From assembly GCA_963729715.1 (NCBI GenBank), contig CAVSPA010000018.1, positions 1-64,000 of the forward strand: a stretch of 64,000 nucleotides of DNA, in the 5' to 3' direction. This document shows positions 51,160 through 61,514 of this stretch, piece by piece; positions within the stretch are counted from its first letter, which is position 1; every line of letters begins with the position of its first letter. The stretch comes from an uncultured delta proteobacterium (GTDB lineage Bacteria; Desulfobacterota; Syntrophia; Syntrophales; UBA2185). Position numbers and translations under genes: made by a program. The notes below the pieces were generated by a model, which was given only the letters and a program-made list of their open reading frames with translations, had not been told where the DNA came from and did no database searches.

Positions 51160-52158
51160 TCATTCTTTAACAGGCGTCCAGGTTGCATCGGGATTGTATG
51201 ATTTCATCTCTGAGGCGATCTTCGCTGTGTCCGGCCCGAGATTCTTCTGGTACACTTTCCCCTGCTGATTGACAATAAAAGTCATGACCCCTGATTTTCC
51301 CCAGTTTGAGGGAAAAGCGACCAAGGCGAAGCCCCCAACCATGTTACCGTTGATGACATAGTTGTATTTTCCTCCCGGCGCTTTCTTCCCCTGCCTTGTT
51401 AATATCTTGAAATAGTAGCCGTGAAAAGGTACCGGCTGCTCTTCCTTGAAGGCGGCCTTTTCCTTCTTGTATCCCTCATGCCAGGCTCGTGCCAAGAGCT
51501 CACCTAGGGGGCTTGACTCTTCTCCCGGCGCGCTTCTCCAGAAGAGGCCGTTTCTCTTCCCGGAATCGCTCCGGAGTTTCTGCGCGTATGCAAATATCCC
51601 GTCGCCACCGCAGTCTTTAAGCGCGTACTCGCGTTGCGCCTTCACATAGGCGCGGCTGACCAGTATGGCGGTGAGTTCATTTTCTCCGATCCGGCGGTTC
51701 AGTATCTCTTCCTTGCCTGCCTCCGTGTCAAAGAACCATTGGTTATCTTTTTTTACAATGGGAATAGGAAAGGGCCAGTTCTCATTTCCTACGTGAAGGA
51801 TAACTTTTGTATCGCCTTCTTTCACGAGGCTGGTTTTTTCAGCGAGGTGCTTGGCAAGCTCTTCAAACTCTGCGGCGTCCTGCACCCTGTCGCCAGAGCG
51901 CAGGTCTTTTCCGGAGGGCCCGAAGATCTGATCGAGTGCGGCTTTGTCCTTTGTCTTGACGGCATCTGCAAGATTTTTCACGGCGTCTTCGGGAGAGGAA
52001 AAGAGCCTCTGCGATGGCGCCCCGAATACCGGTATAGTCCAGGTAAAGACAAGGACCGCAATCAACAGGATCAAAGCGGTGAAGGCCATTCCCTGCGATG
52101 GGCGACATGCGGGTTTCTCTTCTATTGTACCCATAGTTTCCTTCCTTTCCATATTCAT
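51160..52158 (-). CDS. DUF2950 family protein
   Basis: WPFPIP, RRIGENE, PFHGYYFKIL, GVMTFIVN. Confidence 0.88.
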   Translation of the reverse strand: MNMERKETMGTIEEKPACRPSQGMAFTALILLIAVLVFTWTIPVFGAPSQRLFSSPEDAVKNLADAVKTKDKAALDQIFGPSGKDLRSGDRVQDAAEFEELAKHLAEKTSLVKEGDTKVILHVGNENWPFPIPIVKKDNQWFFDTEAGKEEILNRRIGENELTAILVSRAYVKAQREYALKDCGGDGIFAYAQKLRSDSGKRNGLFWRSAPGEESSPLGELLARAWHEGYKKEKAAFKEEQPVPFHGYYFKILTRQGKKAPGGKYNYVINGNMVGGFALVAFPSNWGKSGVMTFIVNQQGKVYQKNLGPDTAKIASEMKSYNPDATWTPVKE

Positions 52159-52202
52159 TAATTCTCCGTTGCCAAAAAATATTTAACGCAAACCTGCATT
52201 TG

Positions 52203-53438
52203 TTACCGCCCCGGTCTGCCCCCGGAGGAACTCCTGCCCGCTGGCGCGCTCCCTCTGCTCGCAGGAGGGGCAGAGGGTCGTGTTACGGTGCTGCTCTGAC
52301 GACTCTCCTGGCCGCGAAGGCTCTGCGACCTTGCCTCGCTGCCTCCCCTGTAACCGCCAAAGGTAACTGATGGCGTCCTCGCGGGCTGCATTATTCCCAC
52401 TGCAGGACGGAGCGGCGGGGAAACGCTGCTGATATGAGGGGCCGGCATGGACGGCTGTCGGCTGAGAGCGGCAGCCGGTGGCGCCTGCCGCTGGTTGATT
52501 GTACCGAGGCTCTGCCTGCCGCGATTGCTGAACGAGCTCGTGTCGCCCCTCGGGCCGAAAACTACTCCCGGGACATTCATCTGCGTTGTCCCTCTTCCCC
52601 TGACTTCAGGTGTGTGCGCAACCGTGCCTCTGCTGACGCGGCCGGGCTGTGATGCACGGAACCTTTCAGGGTCGCCGTGTGACATATCATGTCTCCAGGT
52701 CTCGTTTATGAAAGGCCTGCTTCTGTTGACGTAAACATTCGGTACGTGGACATAGGGCCTCGCATGATTGACCCAACCCGGCCGATTCCAGCCATGATAG
52801 ATTACGTGATGCTGGCGCCAGTCAAAGTCCATGCTCAGCCAGCCCCCGATTGCCAGACCGGAGCCGTACGTGACGAAGGGCGGCGAGCCCGGAACCCAAC
52901 TATTGTCATATACGACCAAATCATCATACTCGGGAACGTACATATAGTCTGCTTGAGTCGGAATGATCTCGATGTTGTCGCCGTCGATAATGACTTGCTC
53001 TTTATCGTTGCTCTCCAGATTACCGGCGTCTCTGGCCTCCCACCTGAGCCGCTGGATCGCTCTCGTCACATCTTCCGGCTGATTGAGAAACGCATCTCCG
53101 AGGTCGGCAATCCAGCCCAAATTTCCAGCCATCATTTTAAGAATCTCGGGATAGTAGGAAATTGCCTTGACGGATTCATCCCAACTCTGTCCGTCAATAC
53201 CCGATACGGTCCCGCCTCTTTTAAACCATGCATCCGCATCGGCAATTTCCGCCGGATACGTCGAGGCCGGCAACATCACGGCAAGCAGGGGGTCGGGATA
53301 GAGGGCGATGGGTGCGAGGAGATCATCAAGCTCTTGATCAGAAGATGCGCTTGCGGGTGAGCCGGCACCTTCAGCCTGCGCGAAGAAAGCGCCGAAGAGA
53401 AAAATAAAAACAATGAATGTGCGTACTGTTTTTTTCAT
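52203..53438 (-). CDS. DUF3300 family protein
   Basis: LAPIALYPDPLL, LGDAFL, AIQRLR, low-complexity tail; paired with DUF2950. Confidence 0.88.
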   Translation of the reverse strand: MKKTVRTFIVFIFLFGAFFAQAEGAGSPASASSDQELDDLLAPIALYPDPLLAVMLPASTYPAEIADADAWFKRGGTVSGIDGQSWDESVKAISYYPEILKMMAGNLGWIADLGDAFLNQPEDVTRAIQRLRWEARDAGNLESNDKEQVIIDGDNIEIIPTQADYMYVPEYDDLVVYDNSWVPGSPPFVTYGSGLAIGGWLSMDFDWRQHHVIYHGWNRPGWVNHARPYVHVPNVYVNRSRPFINETWRHDMSHGDPERFRASQPGRVSRGTVAHTPEVRGRGTTQMNVPGVVFGPRGDTSSFSNRGRQSLGTINQRQAPPAAALSRQPSMPAPHISSVSPPLRPAVGIMQPARTPSVTFGGYRGGSEARSQSLRGQESRQSSTVTRPSAPPASRGSAPAGRSSSGGRPGR

Positions 53439-53509
53439 ACTGCCTGATCAGAATAACGTTATATTAAGATTATAGGCCATCTGAAAACAAAGTCAAGCAA
53501 CAGCATAAA

Positions 53510-53539
53510 GGACCAAGTCCTGAGAACAGAACTTGGTCC
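53510..53539 (-). terminator. Hairpin, probable terminator
   Basis: GGACCAAGT...ACTTGGTCC just downstream of the flavoprotein gene. Confidence 0.5.
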
Positions 53540-53565
53540 CGTGGCACTTCTTCCCAGGGCCGCTT

Positions 53566-54132
53566 TCAGCCGCAGAGCTTCTTCGCCATCCAGGCGATCT
53601 TTTGCCCGAGGGCCTGCGCGCTCTGCACGCCTTCCTTATCTTTGTCCACCTCTCCTTTATCTCTCGCTACGCTAATTGAGCGACCGGCGATGATAAGCTC
53701 ATTAGCGAAGAAGAAATGGTTCATGGTTTCGATTGTATGCATCCCTCCGCTGCGGCGGAAACAGGATACGGAAGCCCCGATCTTGTTCTTGTACATCCTC
53801 CCATTTGCCAATCCGACGAAGCCGGCCCGGTCGACCAAGGCCTTCATCTCCGCTGTTACATCCTGAAAATAGGAAGGAGATCCCAAAACGATACCCTGAG
53901 CCATCGTCATTTTTTCGATATACTCATTCGCCGCATCTTTCTTAACGGCGCACCGCTGGTCCTTATTCTCGAAACACTTGTAACAGGCGATGCACCCGTG
54001 AATTGCCTTTGCAGAAAGCTGAACGATTTCCGTTTCTATGCCCTCTTTCTCGACCTCCCGTAAGAGATGGCCTAACAACGTGTTGGTGTTGCCGTCTTGC
54101 CTTGGACTGCCATTGAAACCGATAACCTTCAT
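53566..54132 (-). CDS. Iron-sulfur flavoprotein (multimeric flavodoxin family)
   Basis: NGSPR..GNT, CIACYKC...C, GSPSY. Confidence 0.9.
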   Translation of the reverse strand: MKVIGFNGSPRQDGNTNTLLGHLLREVEKEGIETEIVQLSAKAIHGCIACYKCFENKDQRCAVKKDAANEYIEKMTMAQGIVLGSPSYFQDVTAEMKALVDRAGFVGLANGRMYKNKIGASVSCFRRSGGMHTIETMNHFFFANELIIAGRSISVARDKGEVDKDKEGVQSAQALGQKIAWMAKKLCG

Positions 54133-54162
54133 ATCCGTCCTCCTCTCCGTTATGATATCTAC

Positions 54163-54717
54163 TTATTCCTTTCGGTCTGCTTCAATTTTTTCTTTTATAA
54201 AATTTACCAGGGACCCTTCCGCACGCCATGTCCAACAGGTGTTGAGAAGCATATTGAACATATCTGATGTGAATTTGGGGGACTCCTGCAATTTGTAGGC
54301 AGCGTATCCCTGAATGGTTGAGGAACCCATTGCTGTCAACAGCGCCACGAGATGGTTGCACCCTTTACCACTGCCTGCGAGAGCCTTTACCCTTGACGTA
54401 AATCCACGTGTAATCCTTAATCCCTTGACAGGCTCCAGGCTGTTGATGGTCTCCAGACACTCTTCTCGCGGAACGGCAGGCATTTCGACATGCAGATCCT
54501 CAATCTCAAGCGTTGTCTTGTTAACGAGCATATGGATGATCATCTGATGCAATAGGCCGGGCGATCTTTTTTCACCTGTGGCCAAATGATATTCCTGCAA
54601 TCGATGATCTGTCAAGCACCCCTCTACGACTAATCTCTGTTCGTCATATTCATAGGTATTCACCTCTATGGTTCTTGTGTGATATTTTTTTCCGTTCGGT
54701 TTTTCAAAGAAGCTCAT
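54163..54717 (-). CDS. DUF2889 family protein
   Basis: HTRTI, HQM, P..EC, GCNHL, NTC. Confidence 0.8.
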   Translation of the reverse strand: MSFFEKPNGKKYHTRTIEVNTYEYDEQRLVVEGCLTDHRLQEYHLATGEKRSPGLLHQMIIHMLVNKTTLEIEDLHVEMPAVPREECLETINSLEPVKGLRITRGFTSRVKALAGSGKGCNHLVALLTAMGSSTIQGYAAYKLQESPKFTSDMFNMLLNTCWTWRAEGSLVNFIKEKIEADRKE

Positions 54718-54983
54718 CGCGCTCTTTCTCCCATACCTTTAATATTAAGATACTCTGACGAAATATCATATAAAGATAACGGCCCTGTATGTCAATGCAA
54801 TACCAGCGACAGATTACGGCTTGAAGTGTTCTGTGATTGAGAAATCCATTGGGTCATTGATAACTGGAAGACAGGCTGCCGATGCCACCTACACTTCTTG
54901 ACGCCTTGGTGTCACGATTCAACATTTTCATTTGAAATCCTTACCCTGCGGAGTCTGTATCTCATCAATTTGTCTTAACTGGT

Positions 54984-55943
54984 TTAAAAGCGATAACCTG
55001 GCCCGACCATGATCACGTCGGTATCGCGGTTGTAATCTGTGGTAATGCGATTCCAGGAGAGACGTACCAACCAGTTCGGGTTGAATCGATAGCTTGCGGA
55101 CAACGTGATAACACCCGCCACAGCATACCTATCTTCATTGCCGTATGTGTCAACAAGGAAGTAGGGACCTAAGCCGACTCCAAGGGCTAGATGCTCATCA
55201 AGAAAAGCACGGGCCAGCCAGGCTTGAGAAAGGATGCCGTTGCGGCGGATGAGATGATTATCACCCTCGTTGAGCCATGCAATAGTCCAGTCTATGTATC
55301 GTGCAATACCGTGGCGGTATTCGATGCTTTGAGCCATTGATTGCGGGGAATTTGCGCTGTTGACGGTGGTTTGACCGATCATCACTGTTATCTCGTTATC
55401 CGTCGTTTTCACACGCGGGGGCCCTGCTCCGGACGATGGATCACGTGCTGATGAATAATCGAGTTGATACCCCACCCCGACCATGGCAGAATATGTATCG
55501 ATATTGTTAGTTTTAACTAAATTGCTGCGTAACTGGATGACCCACGGGCTTTCCGTGTACCAAAAACCGGCAAGGCTGAAGACCCCTCCCACGCCGTGTT
55601 CGTCGGAGAAACGGCGTCCTCTTCTTGCCAATTCGGTATCATAGAAATAGTAAGGTCCGACCCCAGCGGCTAAGACGAACTGCTTGTCTATAGGCTTGGT
55701 ATGTGCCCAGAATTGTACTGTCGGGCCGTCGCGGTGGTTATTTGGCAAATGGCCCTCATTCAGCCACGAGACACTAAATGCTGAATATTCTCCCAACGCC
55801 TGCATGTATTCGACAGACCAGCTATATGAGCGGTCCGTGCTCGCTGTATCTCCGAGTGGTCCGCCAAGCAGATAAAGCTCCTGCGCATGTACAGGGGTAC
55901 AGCAAATCAATAGCCCACACAAAAGAGTAAGAACCCTACGCAT
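54984..55943 (-). CDS. Outer-membrane beta-barrel protein with internal duplication
   Basis: Signal peptide, repeated WLNEG...R(D/N)G and GxGPY halves, C-terminal GYRF. Confidence 0.75.
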   Translation of the reverse strand: MRRVLTLLCGLLICCTPVHAQELYLLGGPLGDTASTDRSYSWSVEYMQALGEYSAFSVSWLNEGHLPNNHRDGPTVQFWAHTKPIDKQFVLAAGVGPYYFYDTELARRGRRFSDEHGVGGVFSLAGFWYTESPWVIQLRSNLVKTNNIDTYSAMVGVGYQLDYSSARDPSSGAGPPRVKTTDNEITVMIGQTTVNSANSPQSMAQSIEYRHGIARYIDWTIAWLNEGDNHLIRRNGILSQAWLARAFLDEHLALGVGLGPYFLVDTYGNEDRYAVAGVITLSASYRFNPNWLVRLSWNRITTDYNRDTDVIMVGPGYRF

Positions 55944-55983
55944 TGGAATTTTTCGCTATGAATATTTACTTTGGGCTCTGAAC

Positions 55984-56525
55984 TGAATTACCCTCGACTA
56001 TAAGTCGAGGGGTTTAAGAGGGGGCGATTTCAAATCGACTGTCATCAGTCACCGGCTCCCCTTCTTGCTCTTGAATATAGTGCTGGATCATTTCATCCGT
56101 TATGTTGCCGGAACTTACGGCCAGATACCCTCGCGCCCAGAGATGTCTGCCCCAAAATTGCTTTTTTAAATGGGAAAATTCAGATAGCAAAATTCGCGAG
56201 CTTATCCCTTTTAACCATTGAACGGTTTTGCTAACATCATGGCTGGGTCTATATGAAATGAACATGTGAACATGATCGCTCGCTACTTTGCCGGTAATTA
56301 TATCAAGTTCATGTTCCAAGGCAATTTGGCGCAAGACATCTCGTGCGTGAACCGCCACTGGCCCTACCAATACTTTTTTACGGTATTTCGGTATCCAGAT
56401 TAAGTGAACCTTGAGGTCACTCGTTCTATGTGCTCCTAGTTGATAACGTCGCATAGCGACAGTATATAAACTTTTCTTCGCCCAAAGGCGAGGGGTTTCC
56501 ACCATCCCCGAAAGGGACACTAAAC
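55984..56525 (-). mobile_element. IS200/IS605-family element (tnpA only)
   Basis: Subterminal hairpins CCCTCGACT-ATA-AGTCGAGGG and CTTCGCC-CAAA-GGCGAGG flank tnpA; ends approximate. Confidence 0.8.
56014..56454 (-). CDS. tnpA: Y1 HUH transposase
   Basis: HLIWIPKYR, DHVH, KGISS, LWARGY, YIQEQ. Confidence 0.95.
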   Translation of the reverse strand: MRRYQLGAHRTSDLKVHLIWIPKYRKKVLVGPVAVHARDVLRQIALEHELDIITGKVASDHVHMFISYRPSHDVSKTVQWLKGISSRILLSEFSHLKKQFWGRHLWARGYLAVSSGNITDEMIQHYIQEQEGEPVTDDSRFEIAPS

Positions 56526-56593
56526 GTTTTCATGTTTTGAATTATTTTTCCCCGAACTCTCAACAGCCATCAAACCGGCATCACAATCTCCCG

Positions 56594-57313
56594 CTATTTC
56601 ACGGTATACCCGCGGGCATCGAGACAGGCACCCATCGCTCGTTGATAGTCCGCGCGCTTCTGGTTCATTTGAACTGCGGACATACCAACAGGCGGCTGGG
56701 TAGGGTCATAATGTGTCTGGCCCACAGCCCAGCTGTGGCACTCATAGCGATCTTTTGCCTGTTGCTGTTCGCTCTGGCCCTGGCGGGGATAGATGAACGA
56801 TTGGTCTGACGGCATTTGGCCTGTAGATGGGTGTGCCTGCATGGGTGGTGCCTGCATGGGTGGTGCCTGCGTGACTCCAGCCGGCGGCTCAACAACCATG
56901 TAGCCACTTGGATTTTGAACGTAATATACATCATTGGCATAATAGTAAGGGAAACCACCTATCATGATTGTCGTGTAATAGGGAGGCAACAGGGGAACTA
57001 CGATTCCGAACGGAGGCGCAACGATGACGAATCGCGGGCCGTACGGGCGGTACCAGACACCTCCGTGGAAATAATATGGTGAGCCGCCATGAAACACCTC
57101 CCGGTAGCCGTTTGGCAACCTTTCAACATACTGACCGCGCACCGGGTAGATACCGTCATGGCCATGACGCATATCCATGAACTCTTCGTGATGGCCGAAG
57201 CCGCGCTCTTCCGCACATACCACCTGCGTTAACCCGAATGGCATGATTCCTGACAACATTGCTAACATAAGCCCAATCGTAAGGTACCGACTCGTATTTC
57301 GAATGTGTGACAT
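56594..57313 (-). CDS. Exported Tyr/Pro-rich protein with C-terminal YP-x-x-GQ...EC...C domain
   Basis: RBS AAGGAGG and signal peptide; YPRQGQSEQQQAKDRYECHSWA...ACLDARGYTVK; 15-bp QAPPM repeats near 56828-56870. Confidence 0.75.
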   Translation of the reverse strand: MSHIRNTSRYLTIGLMLAMLSGIMPFGLTQVVCAEERGFGHHEEFMDMRHGHDGIYPVRGQYVERLPNGYREVFHGGSPYYFHGGVWYRPYGPRFVIVAPPFGIVVPLLPPYYTTIMIGGFPYYYANDVYYVQNPSGYMVVEPPAGVTQAPPMQAPPMQAHPSTGQMPSDQSFIYPRQGQSEQQQAKDRYECHSWAVGQTHYDPTQPPVGMSAVQMNQKRADYQRAMGACLDARGYTVK

Positions 57314-57356
57314 GGCTATTGCCTCCTTAAAATCAAATATAGATCCCCCGTTTTTC

Positions 57357-57968
57357 TCACTGTACGGTATACCCGCGGCCTTCGAGGCAGGCAGACATCG
57401 CACGCCGGAAGTCACGTGCCTTTCCTTCTTCATGGCGGGCATCGAGCGCCTGATCGCGGTTGACATAAGCTTCCTGCATTTGCTGGGCCTGCTGCTGCCG
57501 GGACAAATCTGATGCACCACCTACAACAGCCCCGCTGCCTGCGCCGATCAATGCGCCGGCCCCGGCGTGCCTCGGTCCGGCTATTAACGCGCCCAGAACC
57601 GCACCGGTGATAGCCAAAACAGCTGTATCATGGCCTGGTGGGGGCATAGGCACCACTTTTACGCGACGCTCGGGCGGAATCGATGATTGACTCGGATCGA
57701 AGCCGGTCTGTTGCATCGCCCAGTTGTAACATTCATAGTGGTCTCGCGACTGCTGCTCGGTCGTCTGGCCGGCTTTCGGGTAAAAATAAACTTGGGTAAT
57801 GGGAGCACTTGGGCTTGGGCCTGCGCTTGGGACCTCGCGATAAGTCGCAGGATAACACGCAGCCAGGGCAAGTATTAATAAGAGAAGCAAAAGCCGAAGA
57901 CCTGCTTGTGATAACCGCCGTTTCAGTATATATGTTCCTGTCGTCATTTTCCAGATTGACACCATCAT
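57357..57968 (-). CDS. Glycine-zipper lipoprotein
   Basis: Lipobox LAAC, YPKAGQTTEQQSRDHYECYNWA, glycine zipper, ACLEGRGYTVQ. Confidence 0.8.
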   Translation of the reverse strand: MMVSIWKMTTGTYILKRRLSQAGLRLLLLLLILALAACYPATYREVPSAGPSPSAPITQVYFYPKAGQTTEQQSRDHYECYNWAMQQTGFDPSQSSIPPERRVKVVPMPPPGHDTAVLAITGAVLGALIAGPRHAGAGALIGAGSGAVVGGASDLSRQQQAQQMQEAYVNRDQALDARHEEGKARDFRRAMSACLEGRGYTVQ

Positions 57969-58244
57969 TTATGTCCTCCTTCGTAATTAAACACTTGAGA
58001 AACCATCGTCACAAAAAGATGGCTTTCGTTGTTGATTATTCTTTTTCTTTTCATGGGTTTTACATCTGTTTTATGCATACACAGCAACCGGATCGCATGA
58101 ATTATGCTTACATCTTCTCCATGTGTCTCAGGATCCCCCAACTCTTTAGAAGTTCTATTGCACTCTTTAATTGGTTATCCTTCATAGCATCTAAATCTCC
58201 TTTTGCCTGAATCGATGCCTGCGCGGTTCAAACATGACAATTGA

Positions 58245-58698
58245 TCATAACCTTGCCCACTTCTTTTTTGCAAGCCTAGGATATAGTATATCATTACATT
58301 CCGGACAAATACTATGGCGAAATTCCGCATTTGTATTATCACTGATAAAGAGCTCTATCTGCTTCCAGTGACCATTATCGTCACGAATTTTTTTGCAGGA
58401 AGAACAAACGGGTAACAGGCCGCTTAAGGTCTTTATCTCATCAAGTGCCTTCTGAAGCTTGAGAACAAGTATTTCGTTCTCATCTGAACTCATTCTCTCT
58501 TGATGTATCAAGTAAACAACAATTGTAAAAAAGCTGAAGTGGATAAAAAGATTCCAAGAGTCGATGAAATAATTCTGAATGACTTTTCCCGCCAAAATAT
58601 CTGTAGAGATTATTGTTACAGTGCTAATTACCGACATAATAATCCCGGCTTTTCTATTGATAAGCCGAGATAAAAGGCCGATAGGCATTAAATAAAAA
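58245..58698 (-). pseudogene. 3' part of IS-interrupted membrane protein with LPVCSSCKKIRD...HSICPEC tail
   Basis: Joins in frame with 60067..60196 after removing the IS and one target duplication. Confidence 0.8.
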
Positions 58699-60066
58699 GG
58701 GTCTTCTGGGTTTGTTGTGCATAAATTTAATTCTATTTCGGTTCTTTGATAAAGGAAGTTATAACTTTGAGCATCAGGTATTCCTGATCCTTAATGCCGT
58801 ATGCTCTGCGCTGGATGACGCGGATCTTGTTATTCAAGCCTTCCATGAATCCAAGTGAAACCTTGTGATCAGGATGGCAGTAACTGATGATTCCGTCCCA
58901 GTGACGCTCAATGAGAGCAGCAAACTTCTCAAAGGGTTTAAGCCGCTGCCAGCGCAACTGGTCTTTCCAGCTTTCAAAGAACTTTCGTGCCCATGTTGGG
59001 TTGTTATAATCCCAGAGTTGCCCGAACGATTCTTTCAACAGATAGGCTTTATGAAGCCGTTTGTTTGCTTTTAACAGCATTTGCAAGGCCCGTCGGCCTT
59101 CAATATCTAAATTGGCTTTATGGGACAGCAACGTATAGCGCTGCCCCTTGATGAACCGACGTTCTTTCTCATTGACACGTTTGTACTCGCTGCGTCTGAC
59201 CTGATCAAGGGCGTCTGCCAGATGACGCGTGATGTGAAACTTGTCATAGACAATCTGTGCGTTGGGAGCATGACTCAGCGTTGCTTTACGAAATGGCTTC
59301 CACATATCCATGACCGCCAGTTCGATTGTCTTGCAGCGCTCAGGCCCCATGGTGTCGAAGAACAACTGTAAATCCTGTTCGGTGCGACCCTGTCCACCCA
59401 GCCAGATCGGTCGTCTCTGGTCAAGATCGGCGACAACGATGGCATAGGTGTGGCCCTTACGGGTCGATATTTCATCGATGCCAATGGTCCGAAGCTGTGC
59501 GGAAGGCGGATGCTGCTCCAGCAGGCGACGCATGTAACCCTTCTCCATGCGACATACCTGGTCCCAGCTCAGGTTGTTAAGCTCTGCAACACGTTTGATG
59601 CTCATCTCGCGACAGAGCAGTCCAATGCGGTCTTCGAACCGCTGAGTGAACCGGGACGACTTGGCCAGCATTGAAAGAGTCTCGCGTTTCACGGCTTTGC
59701 AATGCGGGCAGGCAACCCTGCGATACTCGAAGTCAAGATAGATGCGGGTTGCTCCGGCATCCAGGTCTCGCACCCTATGAGTTCGCCGGTCCCGATAGCT
59801 TGATGCCGTTGTACCGCAGCCGGAACAGACTGTTTTTTTTGGCGGCGCTCCAGGGTAACAATGCATCCTTCAGGATCTTCCGGGTGTGGCTTCAGCGTGG
59901 CACGGGCACGGAATCCAGGAAATTTATACAGGTCTCGGAGTGTATTTTTCGTTTTCATCTAACTACTCTATCCGAGATTAGAAAACGTGTCAATTTTCAA
60001 AGAACATTTATAAAAGCGTTACAGGTACTTATGCCTGTTTCTTTGTACAAAAAAGTCAGATGATCC
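58699..60066 (-). mobile_element. ISL3-family insertion sequence
   Basis: Imperfect IRs GGGTCTTCTGGGTTTGTTGTGCA / GGATCATCTGACTTTTTTGTACA; 8-bp target duplication AATAAAAA at 58691-58698 and 60067-60074. Confidence 0.92.
58733..59958 (-). CDS. ISL3 transposase via -1 frameshift
   Basis: ORF 59958 (..ERRQKK) joins the -1 frame (KKTVCSGC..) at an A8 run, 59833-59840; motifs IGIDE, MDMW, DKFH, EGLNNKIR, RRAYG. Confidence 0.88.
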
Positions 60067-60196
60067 AATAAAAAAAGCCCATTCCAATTTCGTAACCCGT
60101 TAAATAATCAATAAGCCCTATAATCAAATTCAACAGGAGACCGATAACCCAAATAAATGATCTTGGCTTTCTTTCAAAATAGTCAACGAGGTACAT
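60067..60196 (-). pseudogene. 5' part of IS-interrupted membrane protein
   Basis: MYLVDYFERKPRSFIWVIGLLLNLIIGLIDYLTGYEIGMGFFY continues as LMPIGLL beyond the IS. Confidence 0.8.
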
Positions 60197-60350
60197 ATTC
60201 ACCCTTTAGAAGCCTGGCAGGTTATTACGAATTTCTGTTTGCAGTCCTATCTATATCCTTAGTCAACGAAAGGGCTCAGGAGAAAGACATTTCTTAGTAT
60301 TTTCCTGCTGTGCTATGACTCCTTTCGGAAGAATATTTGATCATATGAAC

Positions 60351-60366
60351 AGCAACATATATGCCG
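60351..60366 (-). promoter_or_regulatory. sigma54 promoter candidate
   Basis: CGGCAT-ATATG-TTGCT on the minus strand; several TGGATA/TATCCA half-sites at 60410-60580. Confidence 0.5.
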
Positions 60367-60677
60367 ACCAGAATGACGCATACCAAGCATTTAATATTAC
60401 TAAATGTTTGCTAATGGATACCGGAATGTCTTAAGCGCTAGTGGATAAAATGTATCCAATCTAAAGTATCCAGTTGATTAAAAAATATCCACACCTGAAT
60501 ATACCCTATCGAATGAAATTTGACTCCTTTTCAAATGATAGGTCAATTTGATTAGTCACGCGTGTTCAATGGATATACGGTTGCGTCAGGCAGACTTCTT
60601 AATGTATTAATAATATACGAATGGAGTCAATCCGGTATAAGCCTTAGCGGAACGGAAGCTATTTTCACTGTGGTAAT

Positions 60678-61514
60678 TTGATGATAGAAATTAAAGGACT
60701 GACAAAAACATACGGGAACGTAAAGGCGGTTGACAATATAACCTTTTCCGTCAGCAAGGGAGAGGTATTCGGCCTTCTCGGCCCGAACGGCGCGGGAAAA
60801 ACAACGACCATCAAGATGCTAACTGCCCTGAGCAGGCCCGATTCGGGCAGATGCACGATCAATGGCTTTGATGTCGCAGCAAACCTCCATGAAATAAAAA
60901 AGCACATCGGTGTCGTGCCCCAGGAAAACAACCTCGACCGCGAGCTTACGGCTTACGAAAACCTGCTCATCTATGGAATGCTGCATCGCGTGAAGGACAA
61001 AGAAAGAAAGATCCGCAAACATTTAAAAATGGTTGATTTGTCTGACAGAAGGGATTCACTCGTAGCGTGGTTTTCCGGAGGCATGCAGAGGAGGCTCCTC
61101 CTGGCAAGGGCACTGCTGCCGGAACCGGCCGTTCTCTTCCTCGACGAACCGTCCATCGGTCTGGACCCGCAGATCAGGCGACAGCTCTGGGACATCATCA
61201 GGAAGACCAGGATAGAAGGCCGGACCGTCGTCATCACCACACACTACATCGAGGAGGCGGAGGCGTTGTGTGACAGGGTGGGCATTCTTGCAAGGGGCGC
61301 GCTGATCGCCCTCGATACCCCTCATCACCTCAAGGGCAGTGTGGGCGATTACATTGTCGAGTATATCGATGCGGAAGGAAAGCTCATACAGCACATCTGC
61401 AAGACTCGGGGCGAGGCGCATGATATCGCAAAACACCAGCCGAACAGCGTTACCGTGAGAAAGTCAAATCTCGAGGATGTATTCATAAGACTTACGGGAG
61501 AGCGCATAGAATGA
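60678..61514 (+). CDS. ABC exporter ATP-binding protein (NodI/DrrA-like)
   Basis: GPNGAGKT, FSGGM, FLDEP, TTHY. Confidence 0.95.
   Translation: MMIEIKGLTKTYGNVKAVDNITFSVSKGEVFGLLGPNGAGKTTTIKMLTALSRPDSGRCTINGFDVAANLHEIKKHIGVVPQENNLDRELTAYENLLIYGMLHRVKDKERKIRKHLKMVDLSDRRDSLVAWFSGGMQRRLLLARALLPEPAVLFLDEPSIGLDPQIRRQLWDIIRKTRIEGRTVVITTHYIEEAEALCDRVGILARGALIALDTPHHLKGSVGDYIVEYIDAEGKLIQHICKTRGEAHDIAKHQPNSVTVRKSNLEDVFIRLTGERIE

Noticed and set aside
60134..60142. CAGGAGACC as the ISL3 terminus
   Set aside because: No target duplication there, and it lies in the coding sequence of the interrupted gene; 60066 has both IR and duplication.
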